A stretch of DNA of 64,000 bases from a virus. Its lineage: Duplodnaviria; Caudoviricetes. This document shows, piece after piece, positions 48,444 through 57,230 of the stretch (position 1 is the first letter of the stretch; every line of letters begins with the position of its first letter). Position numbers and translations under genes: made by a program. The notes beneath the pieces are model-generated. The model was not told where the DNA came from. It was given only the letters and a program-made list of their open reading frames with translations, and made no database searches. The stretch lies in IMG/VR virus record IMGVR_UViG_3300043409_003130, positions 18,526-82,525 of that record. The stretch is one strand, 5' to 3'.

Positions 48444-48911
48444 TTAATTATTCCAATTTGGATTGGCAATAATTAACATGCCATCTTCAATTCTAGGAAT
48501 TTTGCCAAGATCGTTATAATCAGCATAATCAATTTCGTCTTGGCTAAATTTTTGACCGTTGAACATAATGTATTCTCCAGCGGGTGTAGCAAAATCATCA
48601 TTACCTCGGTGGCTGTGTCCTTGACCCTTTACTGAATCATCAGAGGCTTGATCAATAGAAGGTTTCATAAATCTATTAAAAAGGCCCTCTTTTACTGACT
48701 TATTAGAGTCCTTGATATTATTCTTTTTTGCAAACTGTTTTGCCTTTGCGATTGCTTGTCCTTTTGTCATACCGCCCTTTTGATATTGAGCAACTTTTGC
48801 ATCAATAAAATCAGTATCACCATCGGCATCTTGATCAACTTTCTTTTTCTTAATTGGCATATTGTCAAAAGCTTTTTCAAACTTTTCAAAAATTTCAACG
48901 TATTTTTTCAT
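48444..48911 (-). CDS. Tagged probable internal head protein with DxDxDG Ca-binding-like loop
   Basis: MKKYVEIFEKF; DQDADGDTDFID; VKE|G; TATAAATA at 48938-48945. Confidence 0.6.
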   Translation of the reverse strand: MKKYVEIFEKFEKAFDNMPIKKKKVDQDADGDTDFIDAKVAQYQKGGMTKGQAIAKAKQFAKKNNIKDSNKSVKEGLFNRFMKPSIDQASDDSVKGQGHSHRGNDDFATPAGEYIMFNGQKFSQDEIDYADYNDLGKIPRIEDGMLIIANPNWNN

Positions 48912-49021
48912 TTGTTTTTGGTATATTTTTATAAAGTTATTTATATAATGCCTAAATAAATTATGCTAATTAATATATGCCGGAAGTTCAGCGATAAATA
49001 TCTAAAAGAATATTAAGAGTT

Positions 49022-50086
49022 TTGAAGAATATTAAATCATTTACTGACTTTTTACAAATAAATGAAATGGGTGGCTGGGCAACAACTAAAACGCAGGGAA
49101 CCAAAATAACGCCGGCTGTTTTACAGGAGGCAATTGGGGTTCTTAAAAATATTTTTGACGATTTTAATCAATGGGCCCAGGCTCATGGTTTTGATTCATT
49201 AACCGTAGTTGGTCCTGGCGGATCAGGCGTCTATTTTAAAAAGGATCTTGAAGAGAATCCAGAAAAGGCATATGGTGATGTTGATATTCTTGTAATGTAT
49301 CCACTCAATGAACCTCAAGGCCGCCGAGCTGAAATTGATACTCTTAAAAAATATAATGGTCTTTTTTTACAGTGGTTAGCCAAGACAACTCGTCCTGACC
49401 TAGATAAAGAAGAAACCGGTGCCATCTCTGATGGTACTCTTAAGTTAGTCATAAATTTAAAGGATGGACCTGTGCAAGTTGATATTATTTCAACATTTAA
49501 TTACTCATCAGATTGGGCAAAAGCCCGATATACGCCAATTCGGGGTATTAAAGGCTTTGTTGTTGGTTTCTTATATCAAGCATTTGGTAATGCGCTTGAT
49601 GTTTCGGTAACTGATCGTGGCGTGGTTGCCAAGATTAAGGGCGGCGAGCTGGTTAATCCATTATTACGTAAGGGAGTTGAAGAGAGAATTGTCACCAGAG
49701 ATTTTAACCGGTTCCTAGCCCAGCTTGCAGAATTCACTGATGAATTTACGCGTGGAGAGAAGCGAGCAGTTCAGCTTGATCAATACTTGCAACAACATCC
49801 TGGTATTGATGTGACAGACTTAAGTCTTGAACAGATTTGCAATGGTATTTTGGGATTTGCCAGAACGCTAGATCAAAATGGTACATTCGAGCTTCCTAAA
49901 TCTAAATACAAGAACTCTCAAGAATTCTTACAGGAAGTTGTCAATATTTACAAAATAAAAATAGACAAGCACACGTCTTCGTCTAAATATAACAAGGCTG
50001 AAACCGATCTAGCTCATCAACAGCGAGCTAAGGTTATGAGTGATGCCGAAACCGCTTTTGAGTATGTTAGTAAAAAACTAGCATGA
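49022..50086 (+). CDS. Pol-beta-superfamily nucleotidyltransferase with capsid-targeting-like tag
   Basis: GPGGSG...YGDVDIL and VQVDII; MKNIKSFTDFLQINE|MGG (TTG start); GATAAATA at 48993. Confidence 0.7.
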   Translation: MKNIKSFTDFLQINEMGGWATTKTQGTKITPAVLQEAIGVLKNIFDDFNQWAQAHGFDSLTVVGPGGSGVYFKKDLEENPEKAYGDVDILVMYPLNEPQGRRAEIDTLKKYNGLFLQWLAKTTRPDLDKEETGAISDGTLKLVINLKDGPVQVDIISTFNYSSDWAKARYTPIRGIKGFVVGFLYQAFGNALDVSVTDRGVVAKIKGGELVNPLLRKGVEERIVTRDFNRFLAQLAEFTDEFTRGEKRAVQLDQYLQQHPGIDVTDLSLEQICNGILGFARTLDQNGTFELPKSKYKNSQEFLQEVVNIYKIKIDKHTSSSKYNKAETDLAHQQRAKVMSDAETAFEYVSKKLA

Positions 50087-50724
50087 GCATACAAATACCT
50101 CCCAATAAAATATACGACCCAGCCAAGACCTGGTTTATAAGTGATCCACATTTTGATCATAGTAATGTTTTAAGATTTGAGGAAGGTTTCCATAACTTTA
50201 AGTCAATTGAAGAGCATGATAATGAAATAATTGCTCGTTGGAATTCAGTAGTACAGGAAGATGACACTGTTTTTTTCCTAGGTGATGCTTCAATGTATCG
50301 AATTAAATTGAGTTATCTTAAATGGATTTTTAGTCAGCTTAATGGAAATATTATTTGGTTAAAGGGTAATCATGATACTCATATAACTGACATGTGGTTT
50401 AGAGAACTTAGTGAAGCCTCAAAGATTATAGAGTTTAAAGAGTATGATGAGATTTTCTTTCCTGATTCTGACCAACAGATAGGATATCGAAGGCTTGTTC
50501 TATTCCACTATCCAATTCTTGAATTTAATGGAAAGCACCATGGTGCATATCATTTATACGGTCACTCACACACAATTGTGCACCCAATAAAAAATGCCTA
50601 TTCAGTATGTACCTGCTTGACTGATTATACACCAGTAAATTTTGAATGGGTTAAACAAACAATACAGAAACACAATGAAGGACTTAATAGACTTGGGGAA
50701 CTTAGTGTTCACCCAACTAGTTAA
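50083..50724 (+). CDS. Calcineurin-like metallophosphoesterase
   Basis: SDPHF, LGD, GNHD, HYP, GHSH. Confidence 0.92.
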   Translation: MSIQIPPNKIYDPAKTWFISDPHFDHSNVLRFEEGFHNFKSIEEHDNEIIARWNSVVQEDDTVFFLGDASMYRIKLSYLKWIFSQLNGNIIWLKGNHDTHITDMWFRELSEASKIIEFKEYDEIFFPDSDQQIGYRRLVLFHYPILEFNGKHHGAYHLYGHSHTIVHPIKNAYSVCTCLTDYTPVNFEWVKQTIQKHNEGLNRLGELSVHPTS

Positions 50725-51034
50725 AGAGCACGGTGAACTTGAAGAGTCACGTATGCTATTTTTATACGGGGTAACAACGTCAACCCGATGGGCTATATTA
50801 GATTCAGCAAAATGGGTACTAATTGACCGTGATGGTCTACTATATAATTTTGAAGATTCTGTATTGGCTGACCTGGCTAATACTTGGACCACTATTTCTG
50901 AATCAATGAAAGCTGCTAATGTAAAAAAATATTTAGATAAAGAGCGGTCAAATTATGAAAGTTCGCAGCCTAAACCTGGAGAGATTCGGGAATGGTTCGG
51001 TCAAGAGACTCCATGGAGAGAAATTAATCTTTAA
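50675..51034 (+). CDS. Hypothetical protein
   Basis: ATG at 50675 (MKDLIDLG...) preferred over the TTG at 50642. Confidence 0.55.
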   Translation: MKDLIDLGNLVFTQLVKEHGELEESRMLFLYGVTTSTRWAILDSAKWVLIDRDGLLYNFEDSVLADLANTWTTISESMKAANVKKYLDKERSNYESSQPKPGEIREWFGQETPWREINL

Positions 51035-51044
51035 TAAAAAACAT

Positions 51045-51152
51045 ATGAAAACTTTCCTAAATAAAGCAGTTGACTGTATTGGTATTACATTAATGATTAC
51101 TGTAGTAGTTATTGGAATAGTATCTGAAATACTAAATATTATGCAATATTAA
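51045..51152 (+). CDS. Possible 35-aa single-TM peptide
   Basis: MKTFLNKAVDCIGITLMITVVVIGIVSEILNIMQY after an A-rich leader. Confidence 0.4.
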   Translation: MKTFLNKAVDCIGITLMITVVVIGIVSEILNIMQY

Positions 51153-52362
51153 ACTTATCACTGGCCGCAACTGCATGACTTCGATGGCTACTTGCTGTGC
51201 CACCTGCATTAACATCTGCAAAAAATTCAGCAGCGTCAGTTTTATCAGTAAATGTTGGAAAGCTTGATGCGGGTTTTCCTTTTGTTGCAAATGCTACTGC
51301 AATCTCTGCCGCTACATTAGGATCGTTTACCAAATCCGGATTGCCAACTAGGTCTTTACCTATTATATTTCCGTATTTTTTATAATTAGCTCTACCAGTT
51401 AACTGATTAAATCCGCGGCCTCTATATAGGTAGCCGTCTCCGCTTGACACTGGTCCATTACCAATAATATTTGCATAAACCAAATTAAAAAAATCTTCCG
51501 GCTTATTCTTAAGATCATCTAATTCTGAATCAGATAAGCTGCTAACTCTACTTCCAAATACTTCTTTAATTCTTGAGTTTGAGGTTGTGTCATACGGAAC
51601 TTCACTTTTAGGTTTAAAATTACACTCTTTTGAAATTACGGATAGAATACCTATTTGGGTAAGCGGGTCAGTTATTCCATTATCGGTCAGCGCGCTAATT
51701 AATAATGAAATATTTTCTTTTTGATTTGCGTCAAAGTTTCCAGAGCTAATATCAATATTACCAGTAGATTGGGAACCACCGCTCGTGGTAGATTTAGTAG
51801 ACTTGTCTAAATCACTTTGGCTAAAATTCTTCTCTTTTAGCTTTTCAATTAATCGCTTAATTAAATCTGCATTAATTAATACTTCATCGCCTCCAGAGGT
51901 TTCAGTAGATTGTGGCAAATTAAGTTTATCAATATATTCGGCTGGATCAACCACCTCATTATTTACAGTAACTGTAAAATGTAAATGTGGCCCTGTTGAA
52001 TTTCCTTTTCCTATATCGTTAGCACCTCCGCCGCTTAATCCAATAACTTGACCTTGTTTAACTTGATCACCGGTACTTACATCAACCTGTTTAATATGAC
52101 AATAACCGGTTATAATATTATTAGCATGTTTAATTCTAATAGTTCCACCGCACATACTATTACCATTTATATTAGCAACAATTACCTCTCCGTCAGCTGG
52201 TGAACTAACTGGCGTTCCAGATGCAGTCGCCAAATCAACACCATTATGCGGACGTGATGTCCTGGGTTCCCCAAATGGATGAGTTACATTAAAAACCGGT
52301 AATGGAGACATTAGGGTTGACTCATTAAGTGTTTTTATAAATTTGTTAAAACTGCTTATCAT
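51139..52362 (-). CDS. M23 peptidase + GH19 lysozyme/chitinase-like peptidoglycan hydrolase
   Basis: HNGVD, YCH, STGPHLHF (M23); KECNF, DGYLYRGRGFNQLTGRANY (GH19). Confidence 0.9.
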   Translation of the reverse strand: MISSFNKFIKTLNESTLMSPLPVFNVTHPFGEPRTSRPHNGVDLATASGTPVSSPADGEVIVANINGNSMCGGTIRIKHANNIITGYCHIKQVDVSTGDQVKQGQVIGLSGGGANDIGKGNSTGPHLHFTVTVNNEVVDPAEYIDKLNLPQSTETSGGDEVLINADLIKRLIEKLKEKNFSQSDLDKSTKSTTSGGSQSTGNIDISSGNFDANQKENISLLISALTDNGITDPLTQIGILSVISKECNFKPKSEVPYDTTSNSRIKEVFGSRVSSLSDSELDDLKNKPEDFFNLVYANIIGNGPVSSGDGYLYRGRGFNQLTGRANYKKYGNIIGKDLVGNPDLVNDPNVAAEIAVAFATKGKPASSFPTFTDKTDAAEFFADVNAGGTASSHRSHAVAASDKFNIA

Positions 52363-52377
52363 TTAATTTATTTATTT

Positions 52378-53130
52378 TTAAGTATTATCAGTAGACTTGG
52401 AATCAGTATCGGTCTTCTTGGAATTACTTGGTAGTTTAATATCGTCATCTGAAAAGTTTTTATCTTTAAGCGTATTAATTAATTTTTTAATTAATTCAGA
52501 AGTAATAACTGTATTACCGCTAGCTGTATTAGAACTATGACTAGCTTTATCAACATTGGTTTCTTTATCAAATACAGATAAGTCAATTGGGTCGTCAAAG
52601 TGATCCATTACATATTTTTTAATTGTTGCACCTTCAGTTGCGGCCTTACTGCCTGGATTTACTTCACCATGACCAAATATTTGATCCTTAGTATATCCAA
52701 TATGTTTAATAATCTTTAATACAGCAATTCCCTGTTCAGGCATTTGTATATCAGCATCATTACTTGCAATAACCTCAACCCCTTGGGCATTGGCATTTGA
52801 AATTCCTGGAGGTGCTCCACGATCACGATATGCTCTACTGTCAGAAGACCCTACGTGTGCGCCTATTGAATTTGAAGGAAGTGTTTTATAAATTGTACCA
52901 TCTCTATCAACCACCCACTGTACGCCTAATCCGCCTCTAGCATTTAAAACACCAACCACCTGGTGAGCAGTTCCACGACCTGCCGTATGGTGAATTATAA
53001 AAAAATTATTTGACTTAATAGGCTGGCCTTTTCTAGCATATTGAGACTCGCTTGAAATATCTATAATTTCAGTCTGTGCCTCAACTGCTTCATTTATAAA
53101 TTTTTTAAAATTTAATATATTAATTGCCAT
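52378..53130 (-). CDS. N-acetylmuramoyl-L-alanine amidase (Amidase_2-like)
   Basis: IIHHTAG, WVVDRDGTIY, GAHVG, NANAQGVEV, IFGHGE. Confidence 0.85.
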   Translation of the reverse strand: MAINILNFKKFINEAVEAQTEIIDISSESQYARKGQPIKSNNFFIIHHTAGRGTAHQVVGVLNARGGLGVQWVVDRDGTIYKTLPSNSIGAHVGSSDSRAYRDRGAPPGISNANAQGVEVIASNDADIQMPEQGIAVLKIIKHIGYTKDQIFGHGEVNPGSKAATEGATIKKYVMDHFDDPIDLSVFDKETNVDKASHSSNTASGNTVITSELIKKLINTLKDKNFSDDDIKLPSNSKKTDTDSKSTDNT

Positions 53131-53147
53131 ATCTAATTGTATTTTTA

Positions 53148-53489
53148 TTATACCTTAGAGTCATCTTTATTAAATTTATCAATTGCAGCGGCTGTATCTG
53201 GACCAAATTTTCCATCTACCTCGCTTGATCCTAAACTATAACCTAAAAACTTTAAGCCTATTTGAATTGCCTCAACTGTTTGTGAATATTCATAATCCTT
53301 ATTTTTAGTTATTTCAATTGATTGATTAGAGTCAACGAAATCTTGTAATTTTTTATAATAGGCCTTAGTGTTTTCACTATAGTTTTCATCATCATGTGAT
53401 TTACCTGTTAGCCAATCCCAGGTGTTAGATAAAAAAGTTCCAAGACCTTCATCTACCGTACTATTAAATTCATTAAAATTCTTAATCAT
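53148..53489 (-). CDS. Stand-alone peptidoglycan-binding domain protein
   Basis: VEAIQIGLKFLGY....VDGKFGPDTAAAIDKF. Confidence 0.85.
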   Translation of the reverse strand: MIKNFNEFNSTVDEGLGTFLSNTWDWLTGKSHDDENYSENTKAYYKKLQDFVDSNQSIEITKNKDYEYSQTVEAIQIGLKFLGYSLGSSEVDGKFGPDTAAAIDKFNKDDSKV

Positions 53490-53546
53490 ATAAACTTTAG
53501 CTTTATTTTTTGTATTAGAGTACTAATTATATCTATTTATAAACAT

Positions 53547-54293
53547 ATGGCTGACAAAATAAAGAGAGTAGTAATCAATGGATTCCGGTATTATCAAGTA
53601 ATTAATGAGTCTGGAATAGTTGGAACCTTTCCTAGTGTTACAACAGTATTGGGAGAAACCTCTGACAAAACCGGTCTCAATCAATGGAGAGACCGAATCG
53701 GCCATGCAAAAGCTGACCAAATTGGCCAGGATGCAGCAAATCGGGGTACTGTGATGCACCGACTATGTGAACTTTATCTAAATTTACCAAGTTCGCTTAG
53801 CCAAAAAGACCGATTAGATGAGACTCTATCAATTTCAAGACTAGATGACGAAATTGAAAAATTTGATACCAGAGCTAAGATTGTTGGCGGAATGCTCTTT
53901 TACAATTTTATCAAGGCCAATTCATTTAATGAAATTCATAAAGTAATTGCTCAAGAAAAATTTCTATGGACCTCTAGAGATGGCGGCTATGCTGGAACGG
54001 TTGATAACGTATCCGAGTTAATAACTGGAGATATTGGAGTAGTTGATTTTAAAACTGCAAAAAAACCAAAGGACGAGAAATGGATAGAGGATTATAAACA
54101 CCAAGTTGCAGCCTATTCGGTAGCAATTTGGGATAGACTTAATATTAAATCTACCACCTGTAAAATTTGGATATCAAATGAGGTTACTGATAAGCCTCAG
54201 CACTTTTCAATTAGTCCTAGTGAAATGAAGGAATATTATTTTAAATTTAGGGAACGTCTTGCTAAATTTTACAAACTACATCCAATTATCTAA
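53547..54293 (+). CDS. PD-(D/E)XK exonuclease
   Basis: PSVTTVL, RGTVMH, YAGTVD, VVDFKT, QVAAY. Confidence 0.88.
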   Translation: MADKIKRVVINGFRYYQVINESGIVGTFPSVTTVLGETSDKTGLNQWRDRIGHAKADQIGQDAANRGTVMHRLCELYLNLPSSLSQKDRLDETLSISRLDDEIEKFDTRAKIVGGMLFYNFIKANSFNEIHKVIAQEKFLWTSRDGGYAGTVDNVSELITGDIGVVDFKTAKKPKDEKWIEDYKHQVAAYSVAIWDRLNIKSTTCKIWISNEVTDKPQHFSISPSEMKEYYFKFRERLAKFYKLHPII

Positions 54294-54296
54294 AGG

Positions 54297-56261
54297 TTAA
54301 ATTTGAATAGGTTCGCCAATCTTTCTAAGTAGATCAAGTCTAACTGACACGCTACGGTCTCCCCAACCATAGGCTTTTACATAAATAAATTTCTGGTCAG
54401 ATGTATTTCTTGCACCATACTCACTTTTTGCAATAATTCCAAATGCATTTTGGTGACCTGCAATATAATAGTGTTGACCAGATCGTGCCGATAATTTATC
54501 ATCCATTGTAACTTCACTTAATTGATAGCCAGTTAAACCCAGTCCAACATACGGATAATTTATGGTAACTCCATTTACTGGATTGGTTAGTGTAATATTC
54601 TGAGCATTAGACTCAGTTAATTCAGCCAGGCTGCTAATTGGTCTAGGGTTATATTGTGAGCCTTTCCATGGAATAAAAACTGGGATTCCCCAATTATTTC
54701 TAAACATATCTCTTTGTGCTGGGCCTAATACAATAAACTGTAAATTTCTAGTAAAATCCTGTGACTTAAATTTCTTTACTAATTCAAAATTTCTAATCGC
54801 TGACCGGTTTGCCATATCGCGCTTAAGTTCTGCACCAGTTGGCGGAAATGTTCCAAATGTAGCTAAACTTTGAGAACGCTCAGCATTTTGAGTACGTTCT
54901 GTCTCTAATCTACGGGCAGTTGCTGCTTCTACTTCAGCCTGTCTAGCTGCAACAAGTTCTGGATTTAATAGGGCCTCAACGTATCTAATTTCAGCAGTTG
55001 ATAAATTAACTCTAGTTAGGTCAGGTATTTGATTAATATTAACCTTAACCCATGAAGATTTTGTGGTTGTTGTTCTGGAATCATTTGATTGAGTTGGAGT
55101 AATTTCTCCATTATCTATTCTGATTGCATCTGATATTTTGGCAGCTCGATACTCTGTATTATTTCTGGAAACAACTCTACGAATCGGCAGCCCTGAATAG
55201 TTTGCATCGTATAGGTAGGTCTTCACAACAATAAAATCACCAATATCCCAATCTGCATCTGGATCAGCACCGTATTGTCTGAGTCGGTCAGCGAGTCTTT
55301 CGCGAACTTCCGCTTCTTCTCTAGCTTGTCTCTCTCGATCGACTTGCTGTTGTCTAGCTTGGCGTTCTTGAGCAAGGCGATCCGCTTCATCTCTACTTGA
55401 CTCAATTTGCTCAGCCTTTTCTCTAGATATTCGTGAATCTGTAACTAGCGATCGAATATAGTCACTGTTTAATTTAACTAATACAGTATTTGGTAAAATT
55501 TCTAATAGTTCATCATCTATATCAAATTTAGTTGGTGAAGTAGTGCTGGTTCCACCTAGTGAAGCTATAAAAGAGTCAGCAACTTTAATTTTTTTAGCGG
55601 TTGGCAAGGCTTTGTCCATTGCTAACCAATTTCTTACTCCAATTATTGCATGGGCATCATCTTCATTTGCAATACCATTGGTTCCTTTAAATGAAAGTAG
55701 AGAACCCCAAGCCTTATCCTTTTCAGTTGAGCCAGATGGATTTGATGAAATATAGCCAAGTGTTTTTAATACTTGTCTGTACATTTTATAGCCTAGACCA
55801 ATACCTCGTAATGAAGGTGGAATTCCTCCACCGGGAAAATGGCTTCTTTGAAATGAGTCTTCATCATCAATTTTAAATTTAATTGCATCTGAATAGGTTG
55901 GAAATACATCTCTCCATTTTCCAAATAGATCAACAAATTTAGACTCATTAATTGATTTAAGAGACTTCATTAACTCAACGATATCAGTTGGAAATTTAAT
56001 ATAATAGTATCGAGTATTTGAAATAGGCTCAACTATAATATCAGACCTGTTAATTTGTCTTAATTTTAATATTAATTCACCAGCAACTTCTTCAAATATT
56101 TTAGGCTTAACTGGTTGTCTATTGCGTAAATCAAGAGAGGCCTGTCTCATTGCACCCATGTCGCTGCCACTTAATCGTTCAACCCTTTTAATCCCCATTT
56201 CATCAACTAGACCGGTAGGTGTATTTGATTCATTAACTAATTCAATAAATGAATTTATCAT
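54297..56261 (-). CDS. Large tagged protein with GNAT-like acetyl-CoA-binding motif and coiled coils
   Basis: MINSFIELVNE|S; IPPSLRGIGLGYKMY...STEKDKAWGSL. Confidence 0.55.
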   Translation of the reverse strand: MINSFIELVNESNTPTGLVDEMGIKRVERLSGSDMGAMRQASLDLRNRQPVKPKIFEEVAGELILKLRQINRSDIIVEPISNTRYYYIKFPTDIVELMKSLKSINESKFVDLFGKWRDVFPTYSDAIKFKIDDEDSFQRSHFPGGGIPPSLRGIGLGYKMYRQVLKTLGYISSNPSGSTEKDKAWGSLLSFKGTNGIANEDDAHAIIGVRNWLAMDKALPTAKKIKVADSFIASLGGTSTTSPTKFDIDDELLEILPNTVLVKLNSDYIRSLVTDSRISREKAEQIESSRDEADRLAQERQARQQQVDRERQAREEAEVRERLADRLRQYGADPDADWDIGDFIVVKTYLYDANYSGLPIRRVVSRNNTEYRAAKISDAIRIDNGEITPTQSNDSRTTTTKSSWVKVNINQIPDLTRVNLSTAEIRYVEALLNPELVAARQAEVEAATARRLETERTQNAERSQSLATFGTFPPTGAELKRDMANRSAIRNFELVKKFKSQDFTRNLQFIVLGPAQRDMFRNNWGIPVFIPWKGSQYNPRPISSLAELTESNAQNITLTNPVNGVTINYPYVGLGLTGYQLSEVTMDDKLSARSGQHYYIAGHQNAFGIIAKSEYGARNTSDQKFIYVKAYGWGDRSVSVRLDLLRKIGEPIQI

Positions 56262-56349
56262 ATAATTAATATATTTATTTGTTTTATTTATTTAAGAGAT
56301 CTTTAATATTAATTGGTGTAATATAGTTATACTAAATAAATAATATAGA

Positions 56350-57057
56350 ATGGAAAAGATTATAATAAAAAAATCAGGTCTATATTTTTCATTTTGGGAT
56401 GAATCTACCCTCTCCTGGAATGATAGACTTATCTCTGATTCAGATTTACCAATTACTTGGTATTTTCAATATAGTATAGAAATTGAAGAATTTTTAACCA
56501 TTACTGACTTATTATTACTTTTTGCACAGTATCAAGAAGATTTAGAGTTTGCATTTAGTAAATCACTATTAATTGTACCGTTTGACGAAATTTTATCAAT
56601 TATTAATAAGCCAGTTGGGATTAGTTTAATTGAGCCAACTGAACTGTATTTAATTAAGTTAGGCGAAATTAGAAAATCTGAAATATCGATTCCATATATT
56701 ATTAGCTATCCAACTCTAATGGGATTAGAGGTGATTGGCGAGACTGGTGATGAAGACGTGCTGTACTCATTAACCGATATTAAGTTTGATGACTGGTGTA
56801 CCTTAACTATACAGATTGATGACTATTTAGAGTATATGGATACCGAAAAAAATGAGGTTGAATTTGAAGGAATAATTCAATGGACTCTATATGAGGCTCT
56901 TTCTTGTATTTTTTCTCAAATAACAAATAGTATTACTTTTACCAAGATAAAAGACAATCCAGAAGAATTTCAGTCCGTTAATACCGGTGGACCAATTATT
57001 GTTTCTGAATTATTTTCATGGATTGACGATATTGACAAATATTTTAAAGAAGCATGA
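56350..57057 (+). CDS. Acidic hypothetical protein
   Basis: 235-aa ORF, no recognised motif. Confidence 0.65.
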   Translation: MEKIIIKKSGLYFSFWDESTLSWNDRLISDSDLPITWYFQYSIEIEEFLTITDLLLLFAQYQEDLEFAFSKSLLIVPFDEILSIINKPVGISLIEPTELYLIKLGEIRKSEISIPYIISYPTLMGLEVIGETGDEDVLYSLTDIKFDDWCTLTIQIDDYLEYMDTEKNEVEFEGIIQWTLYEALSCIFSQITNSITFTKIKDNPEEFQSVNTGGPIIVSELFSWIDDIDKYFKEA

Positions 57058-57094
57058 CAATTTGTCATATTTAATACAATGGCATAGAATTTGT
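57054..57094 (+). promoter_or_regulatory. Inverted repeat ATGACA-ATT-TGTCAT plus sigma54-like -24/-12 element upstream of dnaK
   Basis: Palindrome 57054-57068; TGGCATAGAATTTGT 57080-57094 versus consensus TGGCACGN4TTGC. Confidence 0.5.
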
Positions 57095-57230
57095 TATATA
57101 GTATATTAAAAAGACAAATTATGCAAAAATCAACAAAAAATCAAAAATTAAAAAAAGTGGCTTATAATTTTGGCAGGCTTGCCAATTTTATTAAAGTTAA
57201 AGTACATTTACTTAAAAATAATTTATTAAA

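Noticed and set aside
53547-54293. Cas4 / CRISPR adaptation gene
   Set aside because: No four-Cys Fe-S pattern, no cas neighbours and no array; ordinary phage PD-(D/E)XK exonuclease.
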